Positions 1 to 14,922 of a stretch of DNA of 64,000 nt are shown piece by piece. Under the pieces are notes generated by a model that saw nothing but the letters and a program-made list of their open reading frames with translations, was not told the DNA's origin and searched no databases. Every line of letters starts with the position of its first letter. Within the stretch, counting starts at the first letter, position 1. The stretch covers positions 58,838,001-58,902,000 of the forward strand of contig OX597825.1 in NCBI GenBank assembly GCA_951406725.2, written 5' to 3'. Origin of the DNA: Octopus vulgaris (lineage: Eukaryota). The position numbers and the translations under genes are program-made.

Positions 1-1324
1 TGAGCATTGCAATAATTCTGCTCAGTTAATGAGCTACAGGAAAAGAACTAACTGGAAATGGTGGCATTTCTGTGGAACCACTTGAAATATACAAGCCAAT
101 TCTGTTTTTGATGAAGAGCCATTTGAGGCTACCAATAATGATTCGGCTAGTGTACATGTGAGTAAGAGACTGTCATCACTTACAGTTTCTGTCGCAGTTT
201 ACTTTCATATTTTTTAAACGATTTACTTTCACTTTTTTTATGTTAAACTGAATGTTAACCAACTAAACTTGCTTGTGTTCCTTATTACTAAATCAAATCT
301 TAATCTCCCTTATCACAGCTGAGGTCGGTTTCTATCATCGACAAAGTAGCCTCCATGCAGTCACTTAACCTGTTAGAAATAGCAGTCAAATTTCCCTTTT
401 TGATTTGCAAAAAATAATTTATTTGTTTGAATTTTTTTTCCATTTCTCTTCTAAAATTTTGTTCCTTCCTTTTGGTTTTTGTCAAGATTTGGCTATAAAC
501 TTCCCTCCTGTTCAACATTATTTTATTGGCTTTTTTTTCCTTCTTTAGATATAATTAGGTAGTTCAAGATTTCTATCTATTTTCGTCTAGCTGGCTCACA
601 ATAAAAGAAGTAAATATTTACCACCTTCCAAGATAATCACTCATTATTATAAACATGAGGCAAACTTCAAGATTTATAACTTCAGGACAGTCGAAAACAG
701 ACTAAGAGAAATAAATTAGACATTCCAATAGTTATCACTCCCATAATATTATCCATTAAATTTGAGAAACAAGGTTAACAGCAAGAAAATCTAGACTCAG
801 AAAGAAAAAGAAAATGGTGCCTGGAGTTCCTTGTAACAACAAAGAATTCAATTAAGTTTCCTACCATTTATTTCCGTCTCCACCTGTTCTTGTTTTATTT
901 TTCATCTTTTACTTGTTTCTATCATTGGACTGTGACCATGCTGGGGCACTGCCTTGAAGGGTTTTAGTCAAATGAATCATCTGTAAAACTTTTTTTTTAA
1001 AGCCTGGTACTTATTCTATGTTACAGAGATGTAAACTAACCAACACCAGTTGTCAAGAGGTGTGGGAGACAAACACAACCACAAAGACACAACACACACA
1101 CACACATATTCTTTTATTCTTTTTCATGTTTCAGTCACTTGACTGCAGCCATGCTGGGGCACTGCCTTGAAGGGTTTTAGTCAAACTAATTGACCCCAAG
1201 ACTTATTATTTGTAAGCCTAGTACTTATTCTATCGGTCTCTTTTGCCAAATCGCTAAGTAACAAGGATGTAAACACACTAACATCAGTTGTCAAGGGATG
1301 GTAGAGGGACAAACACGGACATTA

Positions 1325-1376
<52 letters not shown>

Positions 1377-1672
1377 ATTATTATTATCATTATTGTTTTT
1401 ACGTATTTTTGTATTTTTATTCCTGTAACATCGTCCTGTTTTCCGTCCTTGTTTTGTATACATTCGAGGCTTTCTTCCAAGGAATCTAATGCGCTTGGCT
1501 TAGATTTTCCTTTGGGGCTGGCCAGATCAGAGCAATCTCAAGATTAATCAGCCGAAATTGCGAAGATGATCCGGTTCTTGACTGAAGATTGAAGGCTTCA
1601 AATGTCCCGTCCGTGTTTTTTGTATCGTCTTCTAAATGTTTTGCGTTCCTGTCCCACTTTGTATTTTTTTAC

Positions 1673-1710
<38 letters not shown>

Positions 1711-1858
1711 GATGAGCTTCTTCCAGTTTCCATCTGCCAAATCCACTCACAAGGTTTTGGCTAGCATAAGGCACTTCCCAAAGGTGCCACACAGTGGGAC
1801 TGAACCCAGAACCATGTGGTTGGAAAGCAAGCTTCTTACCACATAGCCATGTCTGTGC

Positions 1859-1998
<140 letters not shown>

Positions 1999-2624
1999 TC
2001 ATTTCAAATTTTGGCACCAAGTTAGTAATTTCAGGGAAAATGAAATTTTAATTCAAGTTTTTCATTTTGATCATTTTAAAACAGGGAATTTATATCATTA
2101 AACAAGGGTTGGTCTCGGGCAAGTTGGTATCTAAAAAGGTTAAATAATAATCTTCTTTATTTTATTATTATCAGCTGTCTGTAGATGAAACTATGCCATC
2201 TTCATGTCACAATTCTATCAGCTGGTTACAAGTCATCACAGAACAGCTTTTATTCCAGAGGTTTCCTTCTCTAAGATGGACCGTCTTCACAATGACTGGT
2301 GAGCAGTATCTACTCATGACTATGATGCATGGCTGTTGACTCTACTGAGTTCCTTCACCATGTGGTTACCAGTTTAGTTGCTGACCATGCAACAGGTTGT
2401 ACTTGGTTACAAAAGGCTTCTTTCAGTTTCCATCTACCAAAACCACTTGCAAGGCTTTGGTTAGTCCAGGGCTATAGTAGAAGACACTTTCCCAAGGTAC
2501 CATGCAGTGGGACTGAACCTGGAGCCGTGCAGTTGAGATGCAAACTTCTTACCATACCACACATCCATGTCTGTGTTTGATGAAATTCTTATGATTTTTT
2601 TCATTTTTTTCTTCTTTCTTGCAG

Positions 2625-2693
2625 ATTGTGTCGTTGATCCGATGAGTTTTGTGTTTGGAATATGGTGCGTTGGTGTATTTATGGTCTCTATAG
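2625..2693 (+). CDS. TMEM272-like four-TM membrane protein, exon A (CVVDPMSFVFGIWCVGVFMVSIG); possible start ATG at 2642
   Basis: Strong pyrimidine tract + gcag acceptor, G|gtaacg donor, phase 1/1; joins in frame with 3727-3948. Confidence 0.75.
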
Positions 2694-3726
2694 GTAACGG
2701 GTATATTTTTTGCATATTATTTCTTTTTAGACATGCGTGTGGATTCCTTGTCTCTCACACAGACGAGAATTTAATAATCCATTGTGCCGTATTAACATTT
2801 ACATTGTGGAACAGCCATTTCATAACATAGTGTGCTATTAAATTCATTTTATATTTAAAGTGAATTTAACTGGTTTGATGCACTGGTTTAATCAGCTATT
2901 ATTGAGACCCCCTTTGGTCATGACTGACCGTGGGATTGCACCTAAAAAGTTACCCTCCCAGGCACAAGTCTGGACAAGGTTGTTTACAGAAGACCAGCAG
3001 TCGCCCATATATACCGGCCTCCCCTCTCCACGCCACCAGTGTTATCCAAGGGAAAGGCAAAGGCCAATACAGCTTGGCAGCAGTGACCAGCAACTAATTT
3101 CTACAGCTGAGTGAACTGAAGCAACTTGAAATAAAGTGTCTTGCTCAAGAACACAGCACGCAGCCTAGTCCAGGATTCAAACTTCATTCTTTCTAGGGTT
3201 GGTAATATCAAATACCAATTCAGAGTAGTGAAGTGGCAGAAGTGTTAGTGGTTAGAGGAAGACGCTTTTGCGGTGTCTTTCCAGGTGTTCTAATAACAAC
3301 AATGCTTTCAACAACACCGGTGCCAAGCTGTATAGGCTTAGTCTGTGGAGATTTCCCTTGGGTAAACATTGGTGGTGTGGAAAGCTGCATGTATGGTTAG
3401 CTATTAGTCTTTCTCTTTGTTAGGTCTACAATACATGAGCAGAAGGATGGTCAACATTGACCAATAGAGTCCATACATTATTTATTAAATCCATTGTCTA
3501 CCTTATTGAGTCAACTTCACATTCAACTTATTTCTGTTTTGCAAAAAAAATGTCTGAAGGAATATTTAATTTGGTGATTCATGGTTCAAATTCCACTGTC
3601 ATTCAACTTGTCAACTATTTCTCCAGAATTTGATAACATTAGTCCCTAGAGCCATTAACTAAACACCAGTTTGGAAGTAAACATGATCTTGCACTTAAAC
3701 CAAATAAAATCTCTATCTCTTAACAG

Positions 3727-3948
3727 GTGTGGTGTTTTTAATCACGTGTTCTGGAAGTCGAATGGCTACCTATTATCTGATTTCCGATGGCATCCTCTCC
3801 ATATTTTTTTATCCTTTGCTGTTTGCCTACTGGCCCTTGTGGATGGGATTATCAAGCCCTGACTCCTACGAAGATGATCCAGATGATTCTAGTGCATTCA
3901 GATGGTGGCTTGCAGTTCTAGTGATACGCCTTCTCACCTTAATTGCCA
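3727..3948 (+). CDS. TMEM272-like protein, exon B (VVFLITCSGSRMATYYLISDGIL...WWLAVLVIRLLTLIA)
   Basis: taacag acceptor, A|gtaagt donor, phase 1/1, two hydrophobic helices. The IG..FL..C......YL..G pattern recalls the TMEM272 family (recognised from memory, not searched). Confidence 0.8.
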
Positions 3949-4529
3949 GTAAGTTAATATTGTTGTCTAACTTCTTCCTCATACCATATAAAACACCTTA
4001 AATATTTAATCACTTCAACCAATCAATTACCATTATTTTGTTTCTCACCAAATACAGTCCTTATTTATAGTTGTTATTATTGTTTAGTTTCAGTTTAGTT
4101 CTAATCAACCAGAGTTGTGGCCAAAGGCATCTCTGTTTGTCTTTAACTTGTTCTCCTTCCTCTTTTTTCAAGACAATAAGATGTGATTTTGGAGATATCT
4201 GGTTGCTATCTATAGCAGAGTGACCCTAAAAGTCCTTCGTTGGCCTGTCTTAAGTTTATTACAAGTAGTATATGTCTATTATAAAAATATATTACTATAC
4301 ATATAAGCTGACTGGGTATAGAAGACAATCCTAGAATTTCCTTTTAAAAAATGTAGGCTTTGAGCTATACTCACTGTTTAAGACTAGCTGGCAATGTTTC
4401 GCACTTGATGCAGTACTTGGGAGATGAGTGAGGCGGAGTCCAGTGCCTCTAACTGTTGGAACATTACACTAATCACTGAGTGTTTTTACCTGAGGCATGT
4501 TTCAATAAACGTTGATACTTTTGGTATCT

Positions 4530-4754
4530 TTAACCCTTTCATTACTGTATTTATTTTGAGATGCTCTGTGTTTCTTTCAATTACTTTAATATAACAAAGA
4601 ATTTAGTAAAATGAATTTATCATTCTGCTAGAATTAGGAACATAAATTGTGACTAAGTTTTGGTGGAAGATTTTAATGCAAAATTTATGAAAACAAGACA
4701 TTTGTACTACAGAGCCAGAGCTGGTTTCAGCCAGGTTGGTATCAAAAGGGTTAA
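4530..4754. mobile_element. TTAA-flanked piggyBac-like MITE (further copies about 43802-44029, 44556-44785 inverted, 59797-60025)
   Basis: TTAA-CCCTTT...AAAGGG-TTAA ends and a shared interior. Confidence 0.75.
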
Positions 4755-5061
4755 TTTGTAAATTTTTGTTTCTTGAGACTGTCAGTAGGACTATATTTGG
4801 ATTAGGCACAGTGGCAAACTCTAAACCACAGCATGTTAAAGTTCAGATTTAAAATGTGTTTACATGTAGAAAACCCTCACAACACACTTGCACACATGCA
4901 CCACACATTCTTTTGTTTTGTCCTGTACCATCCATAATGTTTTTCTTAATGTAAACCCTTTGTGGTCAATACAGAAATCATCATCATCATCATCATCATC
5001 ATCACCACCACTACCACTACCACCACCACCACCACCACCACCATCATCATCATATATTATT

Positions 5062-5264
5062 GAGCTGGCAGAATTGTCAGCATGCTGGACGAAAGAGCTA
5101 AGCAGTATTTCGTCTGTTGCTACATTCTGAGTTCAAATTCTGCTGAGATTGACTTTGTCTTTCATCCTTTCAGGGTTGATAAATTAAGTACCAGTTGCAT
5201 ACTGGGATCGATCTAATTGACTGGCTCCAACAAAACTTCAGGCCTTGTGCTTTTGGTAGAAAGG

Positions 5265-5326
<62 letters not shown>

Positions 5327-5505
5327 GGCAGCGAGCTTGCAGAATCATTAGAAATGCTATGTTCTGAGTTCAAATTCCGCTGAGGTCGATTTTGCCTTTC
5401 ATCCTTTTGGGGTCAATAAATTAAGTACTAGTGAAACACTGGGGTCAATGTAATCAACTAGTCCCCTCCCCAAAAATTTTAGGCCTTGTGCCTTTAGTAG
5501 AAAGG

Positions 5506-5564
<59 letters not shown>

Positions 5565-5735
5565 AGGCGGTGAGCTGGCAGAAATGTTAGCATGCCAGGC
5601 AAGATGCTTAGTGGTACTCTGTCAGCTGCTACATTCTGAGTTCAAATTCCGCCAAGGTTGACTTTGCCTTTCATCCTTTTGAGGTTGGTAAATTAAGTAC
5701 CAGTGAAACACTGGGGTCCATGTAATCAACTAGAC
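5062..5735 (+). mobile_element. Three tandem Meta-domain tRNA-SINE copies separated by (TTA)n tails (many more copies, e.g. 14705-14920, 22290-22530, 53905-54590, 56312-56512)
   Basis: GAGCTGGCAGAA..TTAG A-box, GAGTTCAAATTCC B-box, GCCTTTCATCCTTTCGGGGTCGATAAA core. Confidence 0.8.
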
Positions 5736-5933
5736 CCAGAAACAAAAGTGTCTTAGAAGTGGTTCTACCCCACCTCCACCACACAAAACCCTAGACCACC
5801 CGCACCAAGGTCCCATTCCCTGGTATATTTTAACGTCATACCCAATACTGAGTAAATATTTACAGTATTCTTTCTAAGGGTGTGTGTGTGCGTGTGTATA
5901 TGCATAAATATATCTCTCTTTCTACTTCTTCAG

Positions 5934-6178
5934 GTTCTGCTCTTTTGCCACTGTACCACCAACACCAGCAATGCTGTCATGAAAACCTAAGCTCAGATAC
6001 AGTTGACTCTTTGTTTCCAAACTTCTGCAGTACAACATATCCTGTTGCTCTAAGTGCTCTTATATTTGGATGGGTTTGCCTTCTATCTACAGCAATTCCA
6101 ATTCTGCTGTGCCTCTTACTATTTCAGTTAGCTCCCTTTATAGCTGGTCCAACAAAGCCTCACGTTTTAAATATGTAA
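5934..6178 (+). CDS. TMEM272-like protein, terminal exon (SALLPLYHQ...NFCSTTYPVALSALIFGWVCLL...HVLNM*)
   Basis: cttcttcag acceptor, phase matches exon B, loop Cys followed by TM4, stop 6176-6178; 172 aa if translated from ATG 2642. Confidence 0.8.
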
Positions 6179-6454
6179 ATATGGGTTTTAAATAAGTGTG
6201 GGTGGATGTGTGTGTTGGAGGGAGGGCATGTGTGTATGCATATATATGTGTGTGTGTGTGTCTATATTTATATACATATGTGTGTGTGTGTGTGTGTGTG
6301 TGCTTATGATAAATCAAATACTGGCAAAATACAAACACTGCCAACATGAAACCTACAGTTCCAAGATAATTTGGCATAAATTTCATTAAAGGCTATATGT
6401 ATGTGTATATATGTGTGTGTGTAAGCATGTATGTATATAGCTATATATATATAT

Positions 6455-6537
<83 letters not shown>

Positions 6538-6785
6538 CATACATTCATACAAACTTATAGGGAGAGAGGGTGATGTGCATGTATGTGTATAATACAAACA
6601 TCAGAAATAACATTTCTCAGGTACAACACCATTTCCTCCAGCAAAGAAGTCAAGGAAAATGAAAAAGCATTGAAATTCAGAAAATTATAATTTCTCTATT
6701 GCTCATTTACTCATTGTACGTGGTCATACTGGAGCAAATTAATTATACTTAATTTAAAAGCAGTTGGACACTTGAAAGTATTGAA

Positions 6786-6836
<51 letters not shown>

Positions 6837-6985
6837 TCACGTGTGTATGTGTATACCATATACATACATGTGGTTGTGTGTGTGAATATATACTTAAGTA
6901 TATTTATATATATACATATATGTATGTATCTGTTTATCTGTCTGTTATGTATGTATGTATGTATGTATGTATGTATGTATGTATG

Positions 6986-7051
<66 letters not shown>

Positions 7052-7159
7052 CATACTTATGTATATAGGTAAATAGGTATTTATAAATATATATGTATAT
7101 CTATTTATGACTATACATATGTATATATATTTATGTGTGTGTGTGTGTACAATGTGAGT

Positions 7160-7205
<46 letters not shown>

Positions 7206-7846
7206 AAACAAGTCAAAAATAGAAAATGCTAACCCTTATACATATATATATATATATATATACATTTGAGTACTCAAAGAAGCTGGAAAAGTGTTCTCTG
7301 TTTTCTAGTTTTTTCTTTCAGAGCTGATCATTCCTTCTGTCGTTGCTCTGAGTTTTGCTTGTCACCATATTTTATATATTTGTTATGCCTTTTTATCTTT
7401 TATATACATATTTTTAAATCTTTCAAACCAACCAACCAACCAACCAACCAACCAAGGGAAATAACTCATCCCCAACAATACTGATTTGTATCTTAACAAG
7501 GTTTTTAACTCATGTTGCATTACGGGAAACTTCACATGCTAAACATGTGGATATTTAAGTAAGAAGTTGATGTTCATTGCCTGATAATTGTATTGTTGGC
7601 ATGATATTTGATGTTAGTAACAGACTATATCATATATATATGTGCTTATGTATGTGTTTGTATGGGTGTATATGCATATATATGTATATGTGCGTGTGTG
7701 TGTATATAAATATATATATAAATATACATATATATATATAGCTGAAACTTTGAAGTCACTGTCAACTACATTCTTGTATAAGAATAAAAATTTTGTACTC
7801 TACAATAGTATATATATATATAGTGCCTCTCCGAAAGAGAGAGAGG

Positions 7847-7889
<43 letters not shown>

Positions 7890-10800
7890 CACATATATGT
7901 TTGTATTCATGGATATGGGTGTGAAAGTATTATGTAGAAGTAGCTACAGACATATATGTGTGCATATATGTATTTGTGTATGTGAGTATGTGTATGTTCA
8001 ACAAGCAAAAACAGTAAAATAAACAGGAGCTAATCATGTTGTTTACAGTCATACACACACACTTGTGCTTTTGTGCTCGTACATGTGTGTGTATAAAGAC
8101 GCACACACACAGATATGTACAGATATGTTATAAATGGCAAAGTGACATGTATCTGTGACACTTTACATAATTTTAAAAAACATTTGATATGCCCCATCCA
8201 CATGCAAAATTCAAGACATAATTTATACTGAAATCTCATGCCTTAAACAATAGCAGATGTCTTTCATACAATTGCTATATAATACATGACATACATAATT
8301 CATTATTATGTATAATATATCATATAAAATCAGGCGCTTCTGTCTGTCTCAATAAGTTATAGAGAGCATATCTCTATAATGCATATCTAGACAGCTTTTT
8401 TTTTATTATTAATTTTAAGTTTATTTTCATTCATTCATAATAATTTCTTCAGCTGGTGAAACAGAAAATACTAATGTAGTTTCTGTTTCACCATCTGAAA
8501 CTAACCACATTTTTGCTTCACATTAAAAGATATTTTTACTAAATGCACATCAAAAATGATCTGTCCCATAAAACTGCTATCTTAGAAGCATCATTTAGGT
8601 ACAGAGGCTTGTAATTTTATTCAGTTTTGGATAAGCAAGTTTGACAATAAATTTTGGATAAAAATTTTCAAAGGCATCATACAGTGTGTAACTTTATAAA
8701 GTCAGTATATGAAAATACATTTAGCCCCATTAAGGAATAAATTTTGTTCAATTCCTATGCCACTCTTGTTCATAGATGTTTATGTAGGCTTTGGGTGATT
8801 GGTCAGAATTAAGAGTAAGGGTGAGTTGTTAATAATTCTATTATGGAATTTTGCTGATGGAAAGAACAGAGCTCTCCATTTCAAAATAACAAAAACACTT
8901 GCCAAATTTACAGTGCTAAATAAAATATATTTACACATAAACTTATCGGATGTTGGCAACAGGGGCAGTATCATTACCCAATAGCAATCTTTATATCCTA
9001 ATTTATGTGAATGTACTATAAGAGCACTGTAATACTGCAGTGCTTGTCCTAAGTCTATTATATAGATATTTGTGCATAAAAGCACAGGGATTTCAAGGGC
9101 AGATCAGAAAAGTCCAGCACTTATGGCAGAACTGATGTATCACGTGATTTTTGCATTTTTGTATCTCATCAGCTGCGGGCATCAATCAACACCATATGCT
9201 AGCCAAATTGCCCTTCCTATAATATATAGAGAACCAGCAACTATTCGGCCACTGGGGTCATTAACATCCAGGTGGTCAAAATTCAGATATTAGTTATGAA
9301 AGCAGTATTATTATTGAATAGCAGTCTTTATATCCTACTTAGAATTCGTCCTGAGAAAGGCTCTTGTATAGACATTTAGTGCATATGAGCACACGGGTAT
9401 TGGTTGCAGAAAAGAACTGTCCAGTACCAGGGGTGGAACTACTGTATCACAAGAAGTCCATATACTGTGTGTCGTCATCAGTAATTTTTGGAACAAAAAT
9501 AAACCAATTCCAAATTGACTGTCAGACTAAAGAGGTTAACTGATTTGCCCAAGGATAAAACACAATTATTTTAAAGATGTACATTCCTGTCACTATTTAA
9601 AAACCCAATATTTTATCCTCTTTGAGTCACATCACATCATTTTATATTAGAATATAAAATCGTATCATTCTTCATATGTTGTTTTAAATCCTTGGTAAAA
9701 AGCATTTAATGCTTCTTAGATTTGAAGATGATTTCACTTACAGTCAATATGTCACTGAATGACTGAAGATATTATCAAGATACTTAACATTTGCAAGCGC
9801 TGTGGTACCATATATTAATTATGTGTATAGACTGCAGGTGTAGGCAGCTAGAACATTGCACGGTTGGAAAATATTTCATAAGCTGCAGTGCTAAGCTAAA
9901 ATCTTGCCGATCATCTAGTTTAAAGACGGATCAAATATGCTGTTTTGAAAGACTACATGGGAATTAAGTGATCATTGGGTTATTCAAGAGGACAAAATGG
10001 ATTATACGACTCTTCATTATGTTTCATAAATATAAACCTTTGCTTTGATAGATGAAATCAATAATAAGCTATATGGAAATACTTATGACCTGGTGAGACA
10101 GAACGGAAGCAGCCATATATATTATGCTATAAATACAAACTACGGTATAACAACTTATCCAGCCATTACTTTATTTTTCTGAGAAATACTCCCAGACTGC
10201 ATTGCGCACAATTTCATATCAAAGACACTTTATTTGAAGAAAAAATTTCAAGTAGACGGCTAAATGGCTTTTATAAATAATATTGTAACAATAATTTAAA
10301 TAATCATATTTATATTTAATATTTTAATATTACAGCCTTTTAACATATCAGATGTAGAGGTTTGGCATATATATTTATATGTATCTATTTATCTATCTGT
10401 TAATCTATTTAGATGTGTGTATATATACATGGAAATATGCACATATATAAATATATATTTATATTTATAAATGTATATAAATATATACAACATACATATG
10501 TATATACTGTATTAGGCTTGATAAATAAATCAAAATTATCAAAATATGTATAGCACTCAATACAGAAATGTAGAGGAATATATTTCTGTTTTATAAAGTA
10601 ACAGAGATTCACTTATCGTTTGGGCTGCACTGGTTCTGCATTCTCAGTCTGCAGGTCACTTTTTATCTTGAAATGGTAGATAAATAAGTCCTGAAGGCTG
10701 AAACTGCAAAACTAATGATAGTCTTAACATTAGCTTGTATTCTTTTATAATTACAAAGACATATAAGCATATGTGTGTATTTATGGACACAGACAAGGCC

Positions 10801-10974
10801 AGATCGTTGGCAACTTTGCTTCATAATCTTGAGACTCTGAGTTCACTTCCACAGGGTGGCTTCTTGGGCTAGTGTCTTTTACCACGGCCTCAGGTTGACC
10901 CAAACACTGAAGATTTAAAGATATATATACATCTGTATTTATGTGTGTATTATATCTATCTGTCTGTCTGCCTG

Positions 10975-11213
<239 letters not shown>

Positions 11214-11750
11214 AAGTTTGTTTAACCTCATATGGTGCCCAGGCTCTTGTTACTTTCTTACATACAAACTCTATCTGCAATCAAACTGATAGCATTCAGT
11301 GAGTGACAGCTGATGGTATTATTAAGCCCACAGAACATTAGCTTCATTGATTCCTACTGGTGAAAACAGATTACATTCTTGAAAATGTTGCAGCTCAAAA
11401 TTTCTTACATTGTATGAAAAGCATTCCACCTTCCTAAAACAGGAAAGGAAGATAACCTGATTTAATCTATTAAATAATTTGAATGTTATCACAAATATAG
11501 TCAAGAATTTTCTAGCTTTGAGAAGGCAGCAATTTCCACCCACAAAACTTTCAATAGGCACGGGCATGGCTGTGCGGTAAGAAGTTTGCTTCCCAACCAC
11601 CTGGTTCCGGGTGCAGTCCCATATGTGGCATCTTGGGCAAGTGTCTTCTACTATAGCCTCAGGCTGACCAAAGCCTTGTGAGTGGATTTGGTAGACGGAA
11701 ATTGAAAGAAACCCATCATGTGTGTATATGTATATATATATATATGTTTG

Positions 11751-11797
<47 letters not shown>

Positions 11798-11857
11798 TTG
11801 TATGTATATATACATATATGTATATATATATTCATATGTATATATACATATATATAC

Positions 11858-11891
<34 letters not shown>

Positions 11892-12284
11892 CTTTGTATG
11901 TATATATCTATGTGTTTGTCCCCACCATCACCACTTGACAACCAGTGTTGGTGTGTTGACATCCCCTTACATAGTGGTTCAGCAAAAGAGACCAATGGAA
12001 TAACTACTAAGCTTTAAAAATAAATAAGTCCTGGGATTGATTTGTTTGACTAAAACCCTTCAAGGTGGTGCTCCAGCATGGCTGCAGTCAAATGAATGAA
12101 ACAAGTAAAAGAATGAAAGAATACTGCAAATTTTATATTATCTTTCCCTCTGAACCACATTGCTTTCCAGATCACAAGTTGTCATAGAACAGATATCATC
12201 ACAGCCTTACCACAGCTATTAGCTTGTAACTGGTGAAATCATCTGTGTCTTCCGTCAAAGGATTCTTTCACTTCAAAGAAGAAA

Positions 12285-12420
12285 GATTTTACATGAAATT
12301 CATTATAGACACTTTCAAAAGTCATTACAATCAATAACTTCATTCATTTAAACTAAGGAACAGAGAAAATTCTACATCACTGTCTCACTATATTTGGAAG
12401 AATCTGAATGCCTTCTAATA
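12285..12420 (+). mobile_element. Penelope GIY-YIG fragment
   Basis: TFKSHYNQ..HSFKLRNRENSTSLSHYIWK resembles the PLE endonuclease motif. Confidence 0.6.
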
Positions 12421-14922
12421 ACATCAATAACAGAGAATTGTTGATATGGAAGCAGCAAGCAGTAACCCTCAACCAGAGATCAAAGATGTTATCAAACCGT
12501 GACATCATCAGAAAAGGTTTTCCCTAGATAGTTTTTCAGACACATGCAAACCCTGGTTTGACCAACACAAATCAATAGCTATCAGATTTGACAAGCTACG
12601 CTGAATTTTTGCTTCTGATGACAAGCTTAGGCTAGGTAGTATCCTTTACATCATAGCAATCTGAGAATTTTTCATCCTGCATTATTCTCAATAAGGAGCA
12701 TCTTTAAACAATAAGAATCAATCTAGCTTTTGCTCTCAAATATACCATTATCCACTATTATTCACTGAGTTTTTTCTGGATGGTCACACATATTGCTTCC
12801 AAGTATGAAACTCCGAGTAACAAAATAGTGAATCAGCAACTGTTAAATATATACTCAACATTATGTATAGAGTGCTCTTTTCTTTTCGCTTGTACATATA
12901 AATGTAAATATACATACATACATGCATATATATATATAAATAAAACTATATACATAACAATGCCCAGATATTTGTATTCTTGCAACATATATCGTTTACC
13001 TACACTTTCATAAACATACTCACAGATACAAGCATACATGTATATACACATACATACATACGTACATACATACATACAGACATACACATATAAGCACACA
13101 CATTCATATGTATAAACATACACATACATAAATACATACATGTACAAAGATACAGACATACACACATGCATACCTACATTACACAAACCTATATAGACAT
13201 ACATACACACATGCACACATGCATTACAAACACCTACACACACACACAAATCCATACAAACAAACATATTTATATTTGAAAGACTGAAAAATTTGAAAAA
13301 AATTCATTGTAAAATATTTTTCTACTCAGAGTGCCAAGCTTGAAGTCATGTTTAAATGTATTTTAGTGTGTGTGTGTGTGTGTGTGCATGAGCGTGTGCA
13401 CATGTGTGTGAGTGTGTGTGTGCAAGTGTGAGTGTGTATGTGTACCCATCTGTTTGCTTGCATGTGTGTGTGTATGCGTGTGCATGTGTGTATGCATGCT
13501 GGTTTGCTTGAAGGTGCATTTGAGACAAATTCAAGAATTTGTATTGCACATGTGCAGAAGTACATGTATGTACATGCATTTAATCTATTGAAATAAAACA
13601 TTTCTATATTATAACATGTATATTGTTTTTGTTTTTTGTTTTTTTCTTTGGCTGACTTTGATGCAGTCAGTGTTTGTCTAGAAGACAATGTCACATGACT
13701 CTGTTTTAGAAACTGAAAAAGAAGACAACAAATTAATGTCTGTGTATTGTCTGCCATCAATGGATTTGCTACTGGAAGAAAATTTTAATTTGATACTTGG
13801 GTATATCGATATTTGGTAGTTAACATTACCCTATCAGTCAAATATAAGTTGTTGGTTTGTGGTGCAGTGAAAATAAATAATTCAAGGTGATACTGAGATA
13901 TGTTGGATACAGACAGACAGATTGAAAGATAGATAGGTTGATAGATAGAGACACACATACATAGTATAAGAGGGAGATTGATATAAGTAAATACAAGTAT
14001 CTGAAAATATATGAATGTGTGTGTGTGTGTGTGTACATATATGCCTGTGCATTAGTATCTATCAATAACGTAATATAATATTATATATAAATGTATGCTG
14101 CTGACTGGCCCTCGTGCCGGTGGCACATAAAAGCACCCACTACACTCTCGGAGTAGTTGGCTGTAGAAACTCTGCCAGATCAGATTGGAGCCTGGTGCAG
14201 CCATCTGGCTTGCCAGTCCTCAGTCAAATCGTCCAACGCATGCCAGCATGGGAAGCGGATGTTAAACAATGATGATGATCTATATGCGCATGGCTTAGTG
14301 GTTAGGGTGTTGCATTCGCAATCACTAGATTGTGATTTCAATTCCTAAACCAGGTGATGCGTTGTGTTCTTGAGCAAAACACTTTATACCATGTTGCTCT
14401 GTGATCGCCTTCAACACCTGATGTGTGGCACACAGTGTACCTGTTCAAACAACATTGATTTTGATGGAGAGAGTGAGATAATATATAGCATGAACATTTG
14501 ATCACTATAAACAAATCATTTGTGCCGGTCATTCGGCACAAAACTGAAAGCTCATACATCATCTTCGACAGGAGAGTCCATCATATATAGGTTTGGTGAA
14601 GCAAACAGAAAAATTAGAACTCAAAACATGAGTATTGATAAGTGCCAAAGCATGAAACTCTCAGCCCTTGAGTCACTCTGTTACTTCTGCTAAATAGTAA
14701 TATATTCTTTTCTACTCTAGGCAAAAAGCCTGAAATTTTGGGGGAGGGGGCCAGTCAATTAGATCAACCCCAGTATGCAACTGGTACTTAATTTATCGAC
14801 CCTGAAAGGATGAAAGGCAAAGTTGACCTTGGTGGAATTTGAACTCAGAACATAACAGCAGACAAAATACTGCTAAGCATTTCACCCAGCGTGCTAACAT
14901 TTCTGCCAGCTCGCCGCCGCCT

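Noticed and set aside
2-161. Frame open except for TGA at 83-85 and splice-compatible with exon 2625; possible selenocysteine or readthrough
   Set aside because: No SECIS-like structure seen after 6178; more simply a 5' UTR exon with the start at ATG 2642
10052-10092. Possible 41-nt plus-strand exon (tttgatag ... CTG|gtgaga)
   Set aside because: No partner exons or recognisable peptide could be linked
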